The translations under genes and the position numbers were made by a program. A DNA stretch of 64,000 bases from Phoronis australis. Lineage: Eukaryota; Animalia; Phoronida. The stretch covers positions 217,733 to 281,732 of the forward strand of contig NMRA01000454.1 in NCBI GenBank assembly GCA_002633005.1, read 5' to 3'. Positions 40,692-53,028 of the stretch are shown piece after piece (position 1 is the stretch's first letter; the number at the start of each line of letters is the position of its first letter). The notes under the pieces are model-generated. The model saw nothing but the letters and a program-made list of their open reading frames with translations. It was not told where the DNA came from and did not search any database.

Positions 40692-41092
40692 GGCCCGGTC
40701 TCTAATCTTTGTACTCGAAACGAACTCGAAACTATTTTTGGGAATTTCTCTGCTCCTTTTGTGCGAACTTAGGATACTTGGTTATCATACTGTGTTCGAA
40801 TACATTATAGTTTATGCTTAGGAGTTTCTAGTTCAAGTTTGCCCTTGAAGACCCTTATATTCGTGCTACAAACTCGAGTAAAAACTCGAAATTTCGAGTT
40901 CAAACTCGAACTTATTGCTTTAATATTGGGTTTACAAACTGTGAACTAAGGGCAATAAATTATCTACGTAAGTTATTGTGTACTCGAGCATAGAATAATA
41001 GACACTTATATTGAGCTCGCCCAAAAATAGAGTAGAAAATGCCAAACTTAATTTCCAGTTCCATTTCGAGTAAAAAGATTGGAGACTGGGCC
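40692..41092. mobile_element. PIF/Harbinger-type MITE, copy 2
   Basis: TIRs GGCCCGGTCTCTA / TGGAGACTGGGCC with 3-bp TSD CTG at 40689-40691 and 41093-41095. Confidence 0.7.
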
Positions 41093-41764
41093 CTGGTGCC
41101 ATACACAGTGGCCCATGTAATGCGTGTATATGTAACATGCCATTAATTCATGTTGGTGAGTTAATATAATCTACAACAACATTTCCTCTAGCCGAGATAA
41201 AACTATTAATTTCAAATTATAGAGTACTTCTGCCATTAGCAATAGCCAATTTTGAATCGATCACAAAGTCAAAGCATCATCTAATCAATTGGTCTGAAAA
41301 CCTCTGATCTGCCCTTGGCTTACTTCGTCAACATCTTGAATGAAGTCTAGTTTGCATTATTTTGATGTAACAGAGCAAGTCTCCAATGAACATCAAAAAT
41401 GTGTATTTCCTCTCATCAGGCGTACGTTTCAGTTCAATTGCACATGATAAAGGTCAATTTTCATGAAGGCAAAGGAAGGAAACACCCTTCTCCTAAGCCT
41501 GTCGCTAGCGAAGTGTCCGACACATACAGTCGCGCCCGCATGCCCACGTAACAAAGGCGCACTGAGACGCTACAAAGAGATTAGCACAAGAATAACTGAA
41601 CATTTGCAACTAAATAAGAATAACAATAAGCGTAAAGTTACGAACGTCCCGTCACATTCTCCCCCCTAACAAAAATTGTCGTCCGGACATCATTAACATA
41701 CAATATGAAAACAAAGCGCAGTGAAATGGAAATCATTCAGTCTCCTCGTACTGGCTACAGACAT

Positions 41765-42600
41765 CACAACGCACATTCCACTTTCTGTACGCTAATAGAC
41801 TGGGTGTATCGCATTAACAACACTTGGGCTAGATTTGATTCTAATATCAAAGAACTTACAACGAATTTGCAAAAGAATGGCTATCCCCTAGAATTAGTCA
41901 ATAGGGTACTGAAAGCAAGACTCCAACGTAACCCTGATGATGTTCATCCTGTAGACAAAACTAACTACAAGTACTTTAAAATACCCTATGTTGGGTTTTA
42001 CGCCAAAAATTCCTCAACGAAAACTCAACAAATTGGTGAATGATTACTGTGTGAACTTAAGAGTTGTATTAACATTCAAGTCTCTAAAACTGTCGAGTTT
42101 ATTTAACCCTAAGGACAAAATTTCTATGGGTCTACGGTCCAAGGTTGTATACAAATTTATCTGTGCTGGATGTGGCTCCAGTTATATAGGCGAAACTGTT
42201 CGCCATTTGAAAACCAGGACCAAGGAACATCTATATTCTGACAGTAATTCACATGTAAATATTCACCTGCAGAGCTCCAATCATTGTTATCAGCAGTGCT
42301 CTTTCAATGACTTTGCAATAATAGACCAGGCAGTAACAACAAAGGAGCTTAAAATTCGTGAGGCTTTACATATCAGTTGGTGCAAGCCCAATCTCAATAG
42401 GCAACTGACACACCACAGGTTGTCATTGTTGGTATAGTTCATTGTCACTCCCTGTAACTGACTGTATCTGTGCTTCATTACTTGTTGCTGGGCCTAGCTA
42501 GGTGGCCACTGTATTATGACTTCTGAGGATGGTGTTTAATAAATGACACCGAAACATGTCAAGTTTTAAATCCGTCGTTGTTTTCGTGAACATATGCTGT
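41765..42600 (+). mobile_element. 5'-truncated Penelope-like element (RT thumb and GIY-YIG endonuclease) nested in the LTR element
   Basis: LQKNGYP...KIPYVG, one frameshift, then VVYKFICAGCGSSYIGETVRHLKTRTKEH...KIREALHI...PNLN; hammerhead motif downstream. Confidence 0.88.
42518..42565 (+). ncRNA. Minimal type I hammerhead ribozyme associated with the Penelope element
   Basis: Stem I GACTT/AAGTT; core CTGAGGA plus one extra T; stem II GGTGT/ACACC; GAAA; palindromic stem III ACATGT; GTC cleavage triplet ending at 42560. Confidence 0.8.
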
Positions 42601-43035
42601 TACTTGCTATCATGGAGATCTTTAAGCTAGTGTATTTTCATGCTGTCAAGTTATCTCACATTATTGGGGTGATTCTAAGTTTGTTCCTTATATTTTATCC
42701 TTTGTCATGGATTCGCTGTGTGACAAATGTGTGATTGTTGGTGACGTACCAGAGTGTGAGGATGGTACAAACCGATGACGGAATAACTGATGAAACAAGA
42801 CAGGTCTTTGGTAATAAATATCTACTATGGGCAATGTTCAAAGTCCGATTTGAACTCCTCACTGAAACATTTAACACTGCTAAATGTAGAGAACTTAAGA
42901 ATTGAAAATGTGGCAATGGAGAAATGTAGAGATAAGCAACCAATTACTATGGTTTGACTGATTGTGAGATCTTCCATGCACGTGTTGAAGTATAACATCT
43001 ATTCCTTGACTGGCGTAATGATGGACTGTGTGGGG

Positions 43036-43468
43036 CTGAGTAGTGTCCCTTCAATAAGTGTATTAGGTATTCATGTGAGTAGTGTCCCTTCAATAAGTGT
43101 ATTAGGTATTCATCTGAGTAGTGTCTCTTCAATAAGTGTATTTGGTATTCATCTGAGTAGTGTCCCTTCAATAAGTGTATTAGGTATTCATCTGAGTAGT
43201 GTCCCTTCAATAAGTGTATTAGGTATTCATCTGAGTAGTGTCTCTTCAATAAGTGTATTAGGTATTCATCTGAGTAGTGTCCCTTCAATAAGTGTATTCG
43301 GTATTCATCTGATTAGTGTCTCTTCAATAAGTGTATTAGGTATTCATCTGAGTAGTGTCCCTTCAATAAGTGTATTGGGTATTCATCTGAGTAGTGCCCC
43401 TTCAATAAGTGTATTTGGTATTCATCTGAGTAGTGTCCCTTCAATAAGTGTATTAGGTATTCATCTGA
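43036..43468. repeat. 39-bp minisatellite, 11 copies plus a partial copy
   Basis: Head-to-tail unit CTGAGTAGTGTCCCTTCAATAAGTGTATTAGGTATTCAT with point variants. Confidence 0.95.
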
Positions 43469-43712
43469 TTTCTATTCACTTTAAGTGAAAGCAAAATCAT
43501 GAAGATGACTTGGGTGCTTTCTGTGCGATACTGGAGTAGACTCAGAACTAGTTTGTGTAACCAACACAGTTGAAATTACTAAACGGAGTGTGAACTGTCT
43601 CCAATTGTGTACACTAACAAGCTTTGTGAATTACTTACAGTTAAAACCTTTCAGTAGAACATCAAAGAAATGCAATGATTTGAGTAACATGCTGTTGGGT
43701 TTAAGGCACAAT

Positions 43713-43778
43713 TTGTTGGCAGTACCTTTGGTATTGAGACTATTGTTGGCAGTACCTTTGGTATTGAGACTATTGTTG
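43713..43778. repeat. 30-bp tandem duplication
   Basis: TTGTTGGCAGTACCTTTGGTATTGAGACTA x2. Confidence 0.9.
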
Positions 43779-45581
43779 TGTTACTGAATTGCACAAAGGT
43801 GTGTCGTGGTTATTTATTTGAGTAGGACCAATTTGATATGCCAATTCTCTACACATCATGAGCACAAGCGTGGAATGTGTATTTCCACTCATCAGGCATA
43901 CGTTGCAGTTCAATTGCACATGATAACGTTCAATTTTCATGAAGGCAAAGGAAGGAAACACCCTTCTCCTACGCCTGTCGCTAGCGAAGTGTCCGACACA
44001 TACAGTCGCGCCCACATGCCCACGCAACAAAGGCGCGCTGAGACGCAAAAAAGACATTAGCATAAGAATAACTGAACATTTGCAACTAAATAAGAATAAA
44101 AATAAGCGTAAAGTTACGAACGTCCCGTCACATTGACATTTTTCTTGGCTGTGTTACTCTAATCGTTTTTTCAATGCAAACGGTGTTTATTAATGTGACG
44201 GGGGAAGCAATTCCGTCAGGATAAAAGTAGTATATATCCATACATGCACGATGTTAATATTCTGGCTTTTCTGGCATCAATTAAAGACGAGAAAATGCGG
44301 AGCGAGTTGATAATGCAAGTCCGTAGGTAAAGATAAATGATACAATATCTTTAAGTGCCACTTCTCATACGTAAAACGATAAATTTTAAAGGAAATGTGT
44401 ACGGGAAATGTGCTACCTGTGTGTCTTGCCATTCCAAGTAAGGAGAAGTGCCTTGCCTTGTGAATGAGACTGGCGCAAATTTAGTAGTTGGCATATTGTT
44501 TCTTGAAATGTGAAACTTTGATTTCAACAGAAATTCAAAATCTTCACGAACGAACCATTAAAACACATTTTGGTGAGGTGAGCATGTTGATATCTGTTTC
44601 AGTGGCTGAGAATCACTTTCTAGTGTATTTCTTACTGGAATGCTGATCGATTTCGTTTTCTCTTGTCATTTTAACAACAAAATATTGGTACAAACCAATG
44701 CTATCAAGTCAGGACGGATAAATATGATACCTAGTTAAAAACTGGTCCGAAGCCGCTAAAGCAAACTACTTCCATAATAACATCTAAGTTACCCTGTGAA
44801 TGTTGAAACGAAGAGTTGGGTATGAACCAGGAAAATATTTGTTTAGGGATATGTTAGGACCACATCATTTTTGAAACATATAAAAAACACCGGAGATCGG
44901 CTAACCATGAAAAAGTTGGAATGACAAATCATGGGACCATGATCTGGAACAGGTGTTTGAAATAGAGTCACAAACCCACTGCTGTCTTGGGAACGGACCA
45001 TTTCCCACATTTCTGTTGAAACAAGCGATATTTGATATTTCCCCTAGCGGGAATTGTCTAAGCTTATTTTATCATTCCTGGCAACGGTATCTGCCCTCGA
45101 TGATTTTACATCATTGCTGCATTGAAAAATACCATCGAATAAATAAGGTAAAAGTTGCAGAAGTGAAAACTGTTTTAAGGCGACATAGAACTAAGAGAAA
45201 TAGGAGGCATTCTGTGTATTGCTCGATTGTCACCACTAAAGCCATGATTCGAAACAAGGCCTCCCAAATCAGGGGTCCTGACCTCAAATCACCCACACAG
45301 CGTCTTTACTGCAGAGGAAGCACTTAGGCTTGGTTTGGGCCTCATATTTGTTCACATCTCTATATTGTCTGGAAGTATAAAGCAATTTTGTCTGAAGATG
45401 CAGCTTGATTTTAATTTGAATAACAGCAGGTAGTGTAGCCTCTGCACAGAACATTCTCTTGATTAGGCTCGCATTAATAAGAGTTTGATCAATGATGTCC
45501 TTAACACAAACTGGCTCTTGTAACCGTTTATTTTTCAAAAATATTTCGAATTCTTTAACATATACTTTTGAATATCATATT

Positions 45582-46746
45582 CAGGGTTTCCCTTGGGTTT
45601 TGAAAGGAGCGTGGTGGGAAATGGCCAAAGCAGGATGCAAAGCCCGTTGCCGCACGCAAATATGAGAAGTGGGATCCCCCTATCGCCTGGGTCTCAAAAG
45701 GAGCGTGGTGGTGAATGCTCTACGTGGATGTGAAACCCGGTGCCACATGCGAGCTTGGGATGAAGTGAGATCCTCCCATGGGGGGGGGGGGTTGGGAGAC
45801 CTTCCCCCAACAAAGCTTGAAAATTAGATGTAATTGATTGCAGTTTGCTCATTATAGACAAGACCTTAACTCGAGCATCGTAGTGGAAATATCTGGGTAA
45901 AGGACACTTTGCAAGACAAAATAGCAAAGAAGTTTCCGGCATAGTGTGATATCTGTCGCACTTGAGTACTAAAATTCACTTATCCACGAAGTGACAACCA
46001 TAGAACAAAAATATGTGAACTTTGTAGACGTAACATACTAATTCGTGTAACGAAACTTCCGTTGATATCGTCTTGCTAAACATATATCAGTGATATTGGA
46101 TTGGCGTTGGCCGGCGACGGGGTAGCAGACGATGTATAATCCACTACATGCAGAGGAATCTAAGACTGGTTAACATTCAATATCGTCATTTTGGCGCAGG
46201 GCTATGGTTGATTAAACAGTTGAATGTTACGCCCTGCATTATAGTTCACAATGTCTTCTGTAACTCGGACACGATAGAATGAATGAATCAGAAATCTTAT
46301 CGTTTCTTACTTCAATAGCAAGCCCTGGCGCTTTCCTAATTTAGAAAATTCGGATTGAGGTCGTTGCCTGGTCCCCGGCTGTATTAATTTTATATGCATT
46401 GTCGGAGAACTAGGCAGAAACGAGGTACGAAAGGAGATTGGGGATTGAGTGATTGTGTTTAACGGGGGCACAATTAAAGATCCCAGTGTCAAATTATTAT
46501 TTTCCCTTTCGATCCACAAACGGCAAAAGGTGCCGTGTGAGTTGTACTTATTCATTATAACTAGCGATTATTTTTACTAGTAATCATTTTTACTAGCGAT
46601 CATTTTTACTAGCGATTTTGCGTGGCGGTGAAGTTTCCCCGTCACGATTAGGTGTGTGGCGGTCAATTTGAGTATGATTTACGAGTGGCGGGGCCAAAAA
46701 GGAGCGTGGCGGGCCGCCCAGAAGTTTACACGCAGGGGACACCCTG
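45582..46746. mobile_element. Non-autonomous hAT-like TIR element inserted just upstream of E5
   Basis: TIRs CAGGGTTTCCC / GGGACACCCTG, subterminal GTGG(C/T)GG repeats, 16-bp tandem ACTAGCGATCATTTTT near 46560; interrupts the conserved pre-exon sequence; no TSD visible. Confidence 0.6.
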
Positions 46747-46785
46747 CGCTTACATATATTGATGTCTATGCCTCTACTTTTCCAG

Positions 46786-47034
46786 AACTCTCTGCCTCTA
46801 CTATTGTCACTGTGGTTGAAGGTGAGAAAATAGTTGACGTTAGTTGGACTGCAGCAAAGGGAACAAAGGACAGTTACAAAGTGTCTTGTGGAAAGAACCG
46901 ATACACTGTAGATAAGTCCGTTACGAACAAACAATGCACTCGCTTGACTTCTGGAACTGAGTACGCCGTTACCATAACAACAGTCAAGGCAGGATGGGCT
47001 GATGCAATTTCGTTGCCAAAGAAAGCTAAAATAG
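46786..47034 (+). CDS. FN3 exon E5 (249 bp)
   Basis: ctacttttccAG|AACTCT...AAAATAG|GTGAGT; ELSASTIVTVVEGEKIVDVSWTAAKGTKDSYKVSCG...QCTRLTSGTEY. Confidence 0.87.
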
Positions 47035-47969
47035 GTGAGTGTTTTTGTCACGTGTTCTAGTCTATAGGCGTGCGTTTGCCGTGCCGTGGATGGGTGAAGC
47101 AAGTTTTGGTGTGGGGAGAGCAGTGACGAAAGCTCAAAACGCAATGTTACCGGTTCATTTTCGAAAGACGTCACCAGCAAAAATACAATACAAATTGCAC
47201 AGGGCACTCAAATTTCGGTTTACTAAGCCTCGTTGCAGAAATCTCATTCAGGCCCTTTGCCTTTGCAAGTGTTATGTGTTGTACATACGCATTTTTCATA
47301 GTGACATGTACAATAAATTCAAATAGTCATACGGTAGGTATAACATTAGTAAGAAAAATAAGTACTCAGCCCAGTTGTTCTTATTAGTCACCCTAACCAC
47401 ACCACTTATTTGTACCATAAATGCAACGGTTTCTAAGCGTAAAAGCAGACTGGAATTAATTGTCGATTTGCCTAATGATATGCAGCAATTTTAAAATATC
47501 GTATGTTTTGAAACATGCAGAGTTCGGGATTTGAAATGGAACTCTCTTAAATAAAATAAAATTGTGTGAGTTATAATGTCAACCAGCGAAACATCTCATC
47601 CTCCGCAGAATCCAAATCATAACACAAGTCTTTCTTTTACATGAGTATTTACCTAGCGATCAGTTTTCAGGTCTAATGGGAGATTTCACCTCTAAAGTGA
47701 GCTAAAAGATAAAAAATAAATTAATTTTAATGTACGGTACAGTTAAAAACTCTCGCCTAAATAAAATGTAAGACCTTAACTTCTTCGGGTTTGTTACAAT
47801 ATTACAATGGACTCAGGTCCATTATGTTTTGAGTATACGAATAGTTTGTTTCTAGCATCTACTATGTTACAATAGTCAAATTGTTACACAAGTTTTTTTT
47901 CACCGCTTAATCAACCATTTCTACCTTGAGTGTACTCACATAGAAATACCTGTTTTCAGTACCATATTA

Positions 47970-48260
47970 CCACATGTAGGATCGGACTAATGCCAAGCGC
48001 TTGCTTTATCTTTATGAATCCCTTATGAATATTGTTCCACACGACTTTCTTCGGCTGACCCGTGTTGTGTAAATCTGCATACGGTGTGGCTATCTGTGCT
48101 TAGTTAGGCACAACTGTTGGTAGAGCTCTGTAACTCCTAGGAATGGCCGTACTTCCGTCTTAGTAGCTGGCATTGGTGCTTGCTGGATCTTAACTGGTAT
48201 GTTTATCCATAACTATCGCGTTTGTCCCAACCTGATGTCGAACGAACTCAACCTCCCAAC
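47970..48260 (-). mobile_element. Gypsy reverse-transcriptase thumb fragment
   Basis: KIQQAPMPATKTEVRPFLGV..LY...VPN.AQIATP.ADL...GQPKKVVW...KQAL..SPIL across frameshifts. Confidence 0.65.
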
Positions 48261-48653
48261 AACCAATGCTGCACTTTTGTGTTATCATACTCCAGCGGCA
48301 AAATTAGGGGTCATTGAGTGCACAAAATTTGGCATTTGGGTTTTTGTTACGATACCTACCCGTGTACAAAAAATGAAGTTGTTTTGAATTTTGACGTATA
48401 GACTGATTTTTGAAACTCCACTGTTTTTATATGGACTGCCTCTTAATTTATTTTTCATCCTAAGAAATATTACTTCCGCACAAAACTTTCTTTTGATTAA
48501 GCTCGACGCTTTAATATAAGTCTGATAAGTATGGTTCTTAACACAAATCAGGCGCTGGTAACCGTTGATTTTTTTTCTAAAACACACTGTGAATCCTTAA
48601 GATATCAATTTGGTTAAAATTGTGCTTACATTTATGTGCACGTGCCTTTCCAG

Positions 48654-48902
48654 AACTCGCGGCAGCTTCTATTGTCAAGATGATTGCAAGTGAGACAATA
48701 GTTGACGTTAGTTGGACTGCAGCAAAGGGAAATAAAGACAGTTACAAAGTGTCGTGCGGAAGAAAGCAGTTCACTGTAGATAAGTCGGCTACGAACAAAC
48801 AATGCACTGGCCTGACTTCTGGAACTGAGTACACTGTTACCATAACAACAGTCAAGGCAGGATGGCTTGATAAAAATTCATTGCCAAAGACAGTTAAAAC
48901 AA
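48654..48902 (+). CDS. FN3 exon E6 (type A, 249 bp)
   Basis: gcctttccAG|AACTCG...AAAACAA|GTGAGT; ELAAASIVKMIASETIVDVSW...SCGRKQF...QCTGLTSGTEY. Confidence 0.88.
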
Positions 48903-49408
48903 GTGAGTGTTTTTTGCTACGTGTCCTTGCCTGTAAGCGTACGTTTGTCCCGGCTTGCGTGGATGGGTGATGCTAGTTGTATCCGACAGCTGTGTGTCTG
49001 GCGATGTTACAAACTTCATATCAAAAACAAACAACCGGCCCAATTGCAAAACAAAGTACACTGGAATATTCGAATATCGGGTTACTTAGCCACAATTCTT
49101 TTTTATCCTTCAGGCACCTTGGTATTTCGCACCATTGGATTCTACATATTCTGTGTTGATTTTACGTCATCTTGACTTTTTTCTTGGCCGCATTACTGTT
49201 AGTTTGCTTTTCATCGCAATAAATATTGCTTCCGCACAAAACTTTCTTTTGATTAAGCTCGACGCTTTAATATAAGTCTGATCAGTAGGGTCCTTAACAC
49301 AAATCCGGCTCAGGTAACCGTTGATTTTTTTCTAAAACACACTGCGAATCTTTAACATATCAATTTGGTTAAACTTGTGCTTACATTTATGTGCACCTGC
49401 CTTTCCAG

Positions 49409-49657
49409 AACTCGCGGCAGCTTCTATTGTCAAGATGATTGCAAGTGAGACAATAGTTGACGTTAGTTGGACTGCAGCGAAGGGAAATAAAGACAGTTAC
49501 AAAGTGTCGTGCGGAAGAAAGCAGTTCACTGTAGATAAGTCGGCTACGAACAAACAATTCACTGGCCTGACTTCTGGAACTGAGTACACTGTTACCATAA
49601 CAACAGTCAAGGCAGGATGGATGGATAAAAATTCATTGCTAAAGACAGTTAAAACAA
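49409..49657 (+). CDS. FN3 exon E7 (type A, second Cys replaced by Phe)
   Basis: Same splice signals as E6 and a near-identical sequence; TGC>TTC gives KQFTGL. Confidence 0.87.
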
Positions 49658-49945
49658 GTGAGTGTTTTTTGCTACGTGTCCTTGCCTGTAAGCGTACGTT
49701 TGTCACAGCTTCTGTGGATGGGTGATGCAAGTTGTAACCGACAGCTGTGTGTCTGGCGTTGTTACAAACTTCATAGAAAAAACAAACAACCGGCCCAATT
49801 GCAAAACAAAGTACACTGGAATATTCAAATATCAGGTTACTTAGCCACAATTCTTTTTTATCCTTCAGGCACGTGAATCTTTAACATTCAAATTTGGTAA
49901 ACATTGGGCTTACATTTATAAATGCATGTGCACCTGCCTTTCCAG

Positions 49946-50194
49946 AACTCGCAGCAGCTACTGATGTCAGGGTGGTTGCAGGCGAGACAACACTTGACGT
50001 TAGTTGGACTGCAGCAAAGGGAAACAAAGACAGTTACAAAGTGTCTTGCGGGAACAAGGACTTCACTGTAGATAAATTGGTTACGAAAAAACAGTGTATT
50101 GGCTTGACTTCTGGAACTGAGTACACTGTTATCATAACAACAGTCAAGGCAGGATGGGTTGATAAAAATACATTGCCAAAGACAGTTAAAACAC
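49946..50194 (+). CDS. FN3 exon E8 (type B, 249 bp)
   Basis: gcctttccAG|AACTCG...AAAACAC|GTGAGT; ELAAATDVRVVAGETTLDVSW...SCGNKDF...QCIGLTSGTEY. Confidence 0.87.
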
Positions 50195-52770
50195 GTGAGT
50201 GTTGTTTGTTACGTGTCCTCGCCTAGAAATGTAGGTTTCTCACGGCTTCTCCTGTGGATGGGTGATGCAAGATGTCACCGACCGATGTGTGTTTGACGAT
50301 GTCATAGATTTAATATTAAAAACAAACAACCGGCCAAATTGCATAACAAAGTATACTGGAACACTCCAATTTCGAGTTACTTAGCCACAGTTCCGTAATA
50401 TCCTTCAGGCACCTTGGTATTTCGCACCGTTGGAGTTCAACTTATCCTGTGTTGTTTTTATATTATTTTGACTTTTTTCTTGGCTGTATTACTCTTTTGA
50501 TTGTTGCCAAGAGGGCTGCCATTGCTTTAGGATGGTTGAATACACTTTAAAGGTATCCGTAGGTGAAGGATATTGACGTTTTTAATTTCTCGACATCAAC
50601 CTAAACCAAAAATGCCGAGAAATTGATCAAGCAATTTCGTAATGTTCAAAATGAACCGAAGATGACGTGAAATTGTGAAATTTTTAAACAGTTGAAATCA
50701 TTAATTATAGTCAAACTCGACGTTTGTTTCATACCTGACCAGCAAACATCTACCTGACATACCAAACTGAAGTCACTGGAAATAACTCGAAATCTTACCT
50801 CCCGTATGAAGGATAGTAATATTCTGTAAACCGTGATAGCCCTGTTGTAGGGTACGTTGTCCGTCGTCAGACATTATATCGGAAGATAAATGATTGGTGG
50901 AGCGTCGTAGTTAACTACGATTGTCTACCGAAAAATAACAAGTATGCGAAGAATAAGCCTAAAATGAATGTTCCCTGGTATCACAATTGACAATTTATAC
51001 ATCGCAATTGAAATGTGAAATTTTCAGTAAAAAGGTGCATGGAGTGGCTGAAGTTTAACACGTAACATATATAATACGGGATATATTGATACAGAAGCGC
51101 CCTTTTGTTGCATTTAGCGGTCCTGGCAGGATTGAATAACGAGTCCATACCACGTGTCCACATTGAAAACAATGACGTGATGGCCCGAAGTTTAATCATT
51201 TTTTCCCACACTCAAATTCAAGATCACCTTTAACAATTTCCTTTCCGCCCTCGCAGGATTTGGGACTCATTTGTCTTATAATTTAGTCTAGTAGTCTATG
51301 GTTTACCGTCATGTTTGTGAAATTCTGAAATTTAATGTTCGCCTTCGAGAGTAACGATAAGATAAGGGTATTCTTTGGCAGTGAGCTCATAAAAAGAAAG
51401 TGTAGAGCAAAAACCTTAATCGCAAATGTCTACGTAAGCGTGTAGAAAGTTATTACCGCGAAATGTGGGCCGTGGCTTCTGACGACCAATGAAATTCAAG
51501 TCAATTCAACTTGTCTTAATCGCGCTATAGAAGCGCCGCGCAGCGGTACGGTACAACGTACATGTACACTTACTCGAAGGCGATTACGGGTAGTCCAAGC
51601 TAGTTAATGTAAGTGTGGTGTTATTGTGAGCAATTACAAAGTTCAGCAGAAACATATGAAGTTACAGTTTTAACTTTCGGTTCCATTACTTTTTTGAGAT
51701 TCAAAGCCTTTGCACGGATGAAGATTTATTGAAAATTTAAAACCTACGAAATGGCCTTTTTTCACCCAACGAGCCTTCAACAATTTCAAAACGAATTGTG
51801 TTACCCTAATTAGAGATAATTGGTGACGCCCGTTTGAAATTTTAGAGATAGTGTTCCAACACGCTAAAGACATCATTACCAAAGACACTGTACTAACAAA
51901 AAATCTATCCAACAAATCTGCGCTTGCCATAATTTAGAACAGAATGGCGTCCATAATTTTAGATTCACTGGCTCAAGAACAGTGAACGCCCTCGAATGCG
52001 GTTTCAATTGTAGTTGCGTTTGCCTCGATATCTTCCATGCTCTTGTACATGTATATATTGGGTTCGAATAATGCAACTGTGTTGATATCACAGTTGCCAC
52101 TTTCTGATAAATACGACTACCATGAGCCCCCCATAGTGCAATATAAGTTTTGTTTATGGTAAACCGTTTGCCAAATACTTTACCGTACCTCTTTGAGATT
52201 GAAGAGATGAGATCATGCTGAGAAGATCACGGTTAGTGTTTTTTGGGACATGCCTAGCTAGTTTGGGGCTCCCTACTTGTAACTTTGTTATTGTTACTCA
52301 GCATGTCAGTATTTCTTTTTTGCATTCATTTCTTAATCTACACATTCCTGGAATTGATCTTTAAAATTGGTAAATAAAGCAAAGACTGAAATGCGCTCGC
52401 TTGATTTTGGATCGTGAATGCCTTTCCGCCTCCCTATCAGATAGTTTGAAATATGTTGTTGGAAGGTGAGACACAGCCAGTCAGACAAATGCCAGTGTCC
52501 TGTACTTCATTGTCTTAGTTGCTATTGCTTCACATCATCCTTGGCATACACCAAACTAATCGTCCGATTGAATTCAGTTTGAGTTAAGTTTGTTTATTGT
52601 CCTCACATGTTGTAGTGACTACTTATGTTAAAAAGTACTGTGAAGTCGCTTGGGATTTTTAATCCCCAAGGTGAGTGTCTGACCTGTGCATGCTACACAA
52701 AGTGGGTGCAAACCAATGCTCTCTGTTGTCATATTATTTTCTTTAATCCGTGTTTTTACCTTTGTGTCAG

Positions 52771-53028
52771 GCGTTACAAAACTTGGTGCAACTACAATTA
52801 CCAATGCGGTTGGAAGTGAGAAAACAATTGATGTATATTGGACTCCTGCGGCAGGACCTAAAGACAAGTACAACGTCTCATGCGGCACCCATCACTTTAT
52901 TGCTGACAAGACAGCTACCAAAATAGTATGCACTGGTTTGACCCCTGGAACTGAGTACGTCGTTACCATAAGAACACTCAAGGCGGGATCGGATGATGCA
53001 GTTTCGACATCAATGACGGCTAAAACAA
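52771..53028 (+). CDS. FN3 exon E9 (type C, 258 bp)
   Basis: ttttacctttgtgtcAG|GCGTTA...AAAACAA|GTGAGG; VTKLGATTITNAVGSEKTIDVYWTPAAGPKDKYNVSCG...VCTGLTPGTEY. Confidence 0.86.

Larger units (their letters stand above)
41366..44132 (-). mobile_element. Non-autonomous LTR retroelement with ~290-bp LTRs (41366-41656 and ~43835-44132)
   Basis: TGT...ACA outer ends, direct-repeat LTRs, polypurine tract on the minus strand at 41657-41667, and 4-bp TSD TTGA (41362-41365, 44133-44136). Removing it restores the intron consensus TTTTGAC-TTTTTCTTGGCTG. Confidence 0.8.

Noticed and set aside
43036-43468. 39-bp repeats as a CRISPR array
   Set aside because: Units are contiguous with no unique spacers, there are no cas genes, and the context is eukaryotic. 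It is a minisatellite.
48585-48591. CACTGTG (reverse RSS heptamer) upstream of several exons, suggesting V(D)J-like rearrangement
   Set aside because: Mutated before E7, E10 and E15, lies about 60-70 nt from the coding edge, and has no nonamer at 12 or 23 spacing.
49658-49945. Steric mutual exclusion of adjacent exons
   Set aside because: The shortest intron is 288 nt, long enough for normal splicing.
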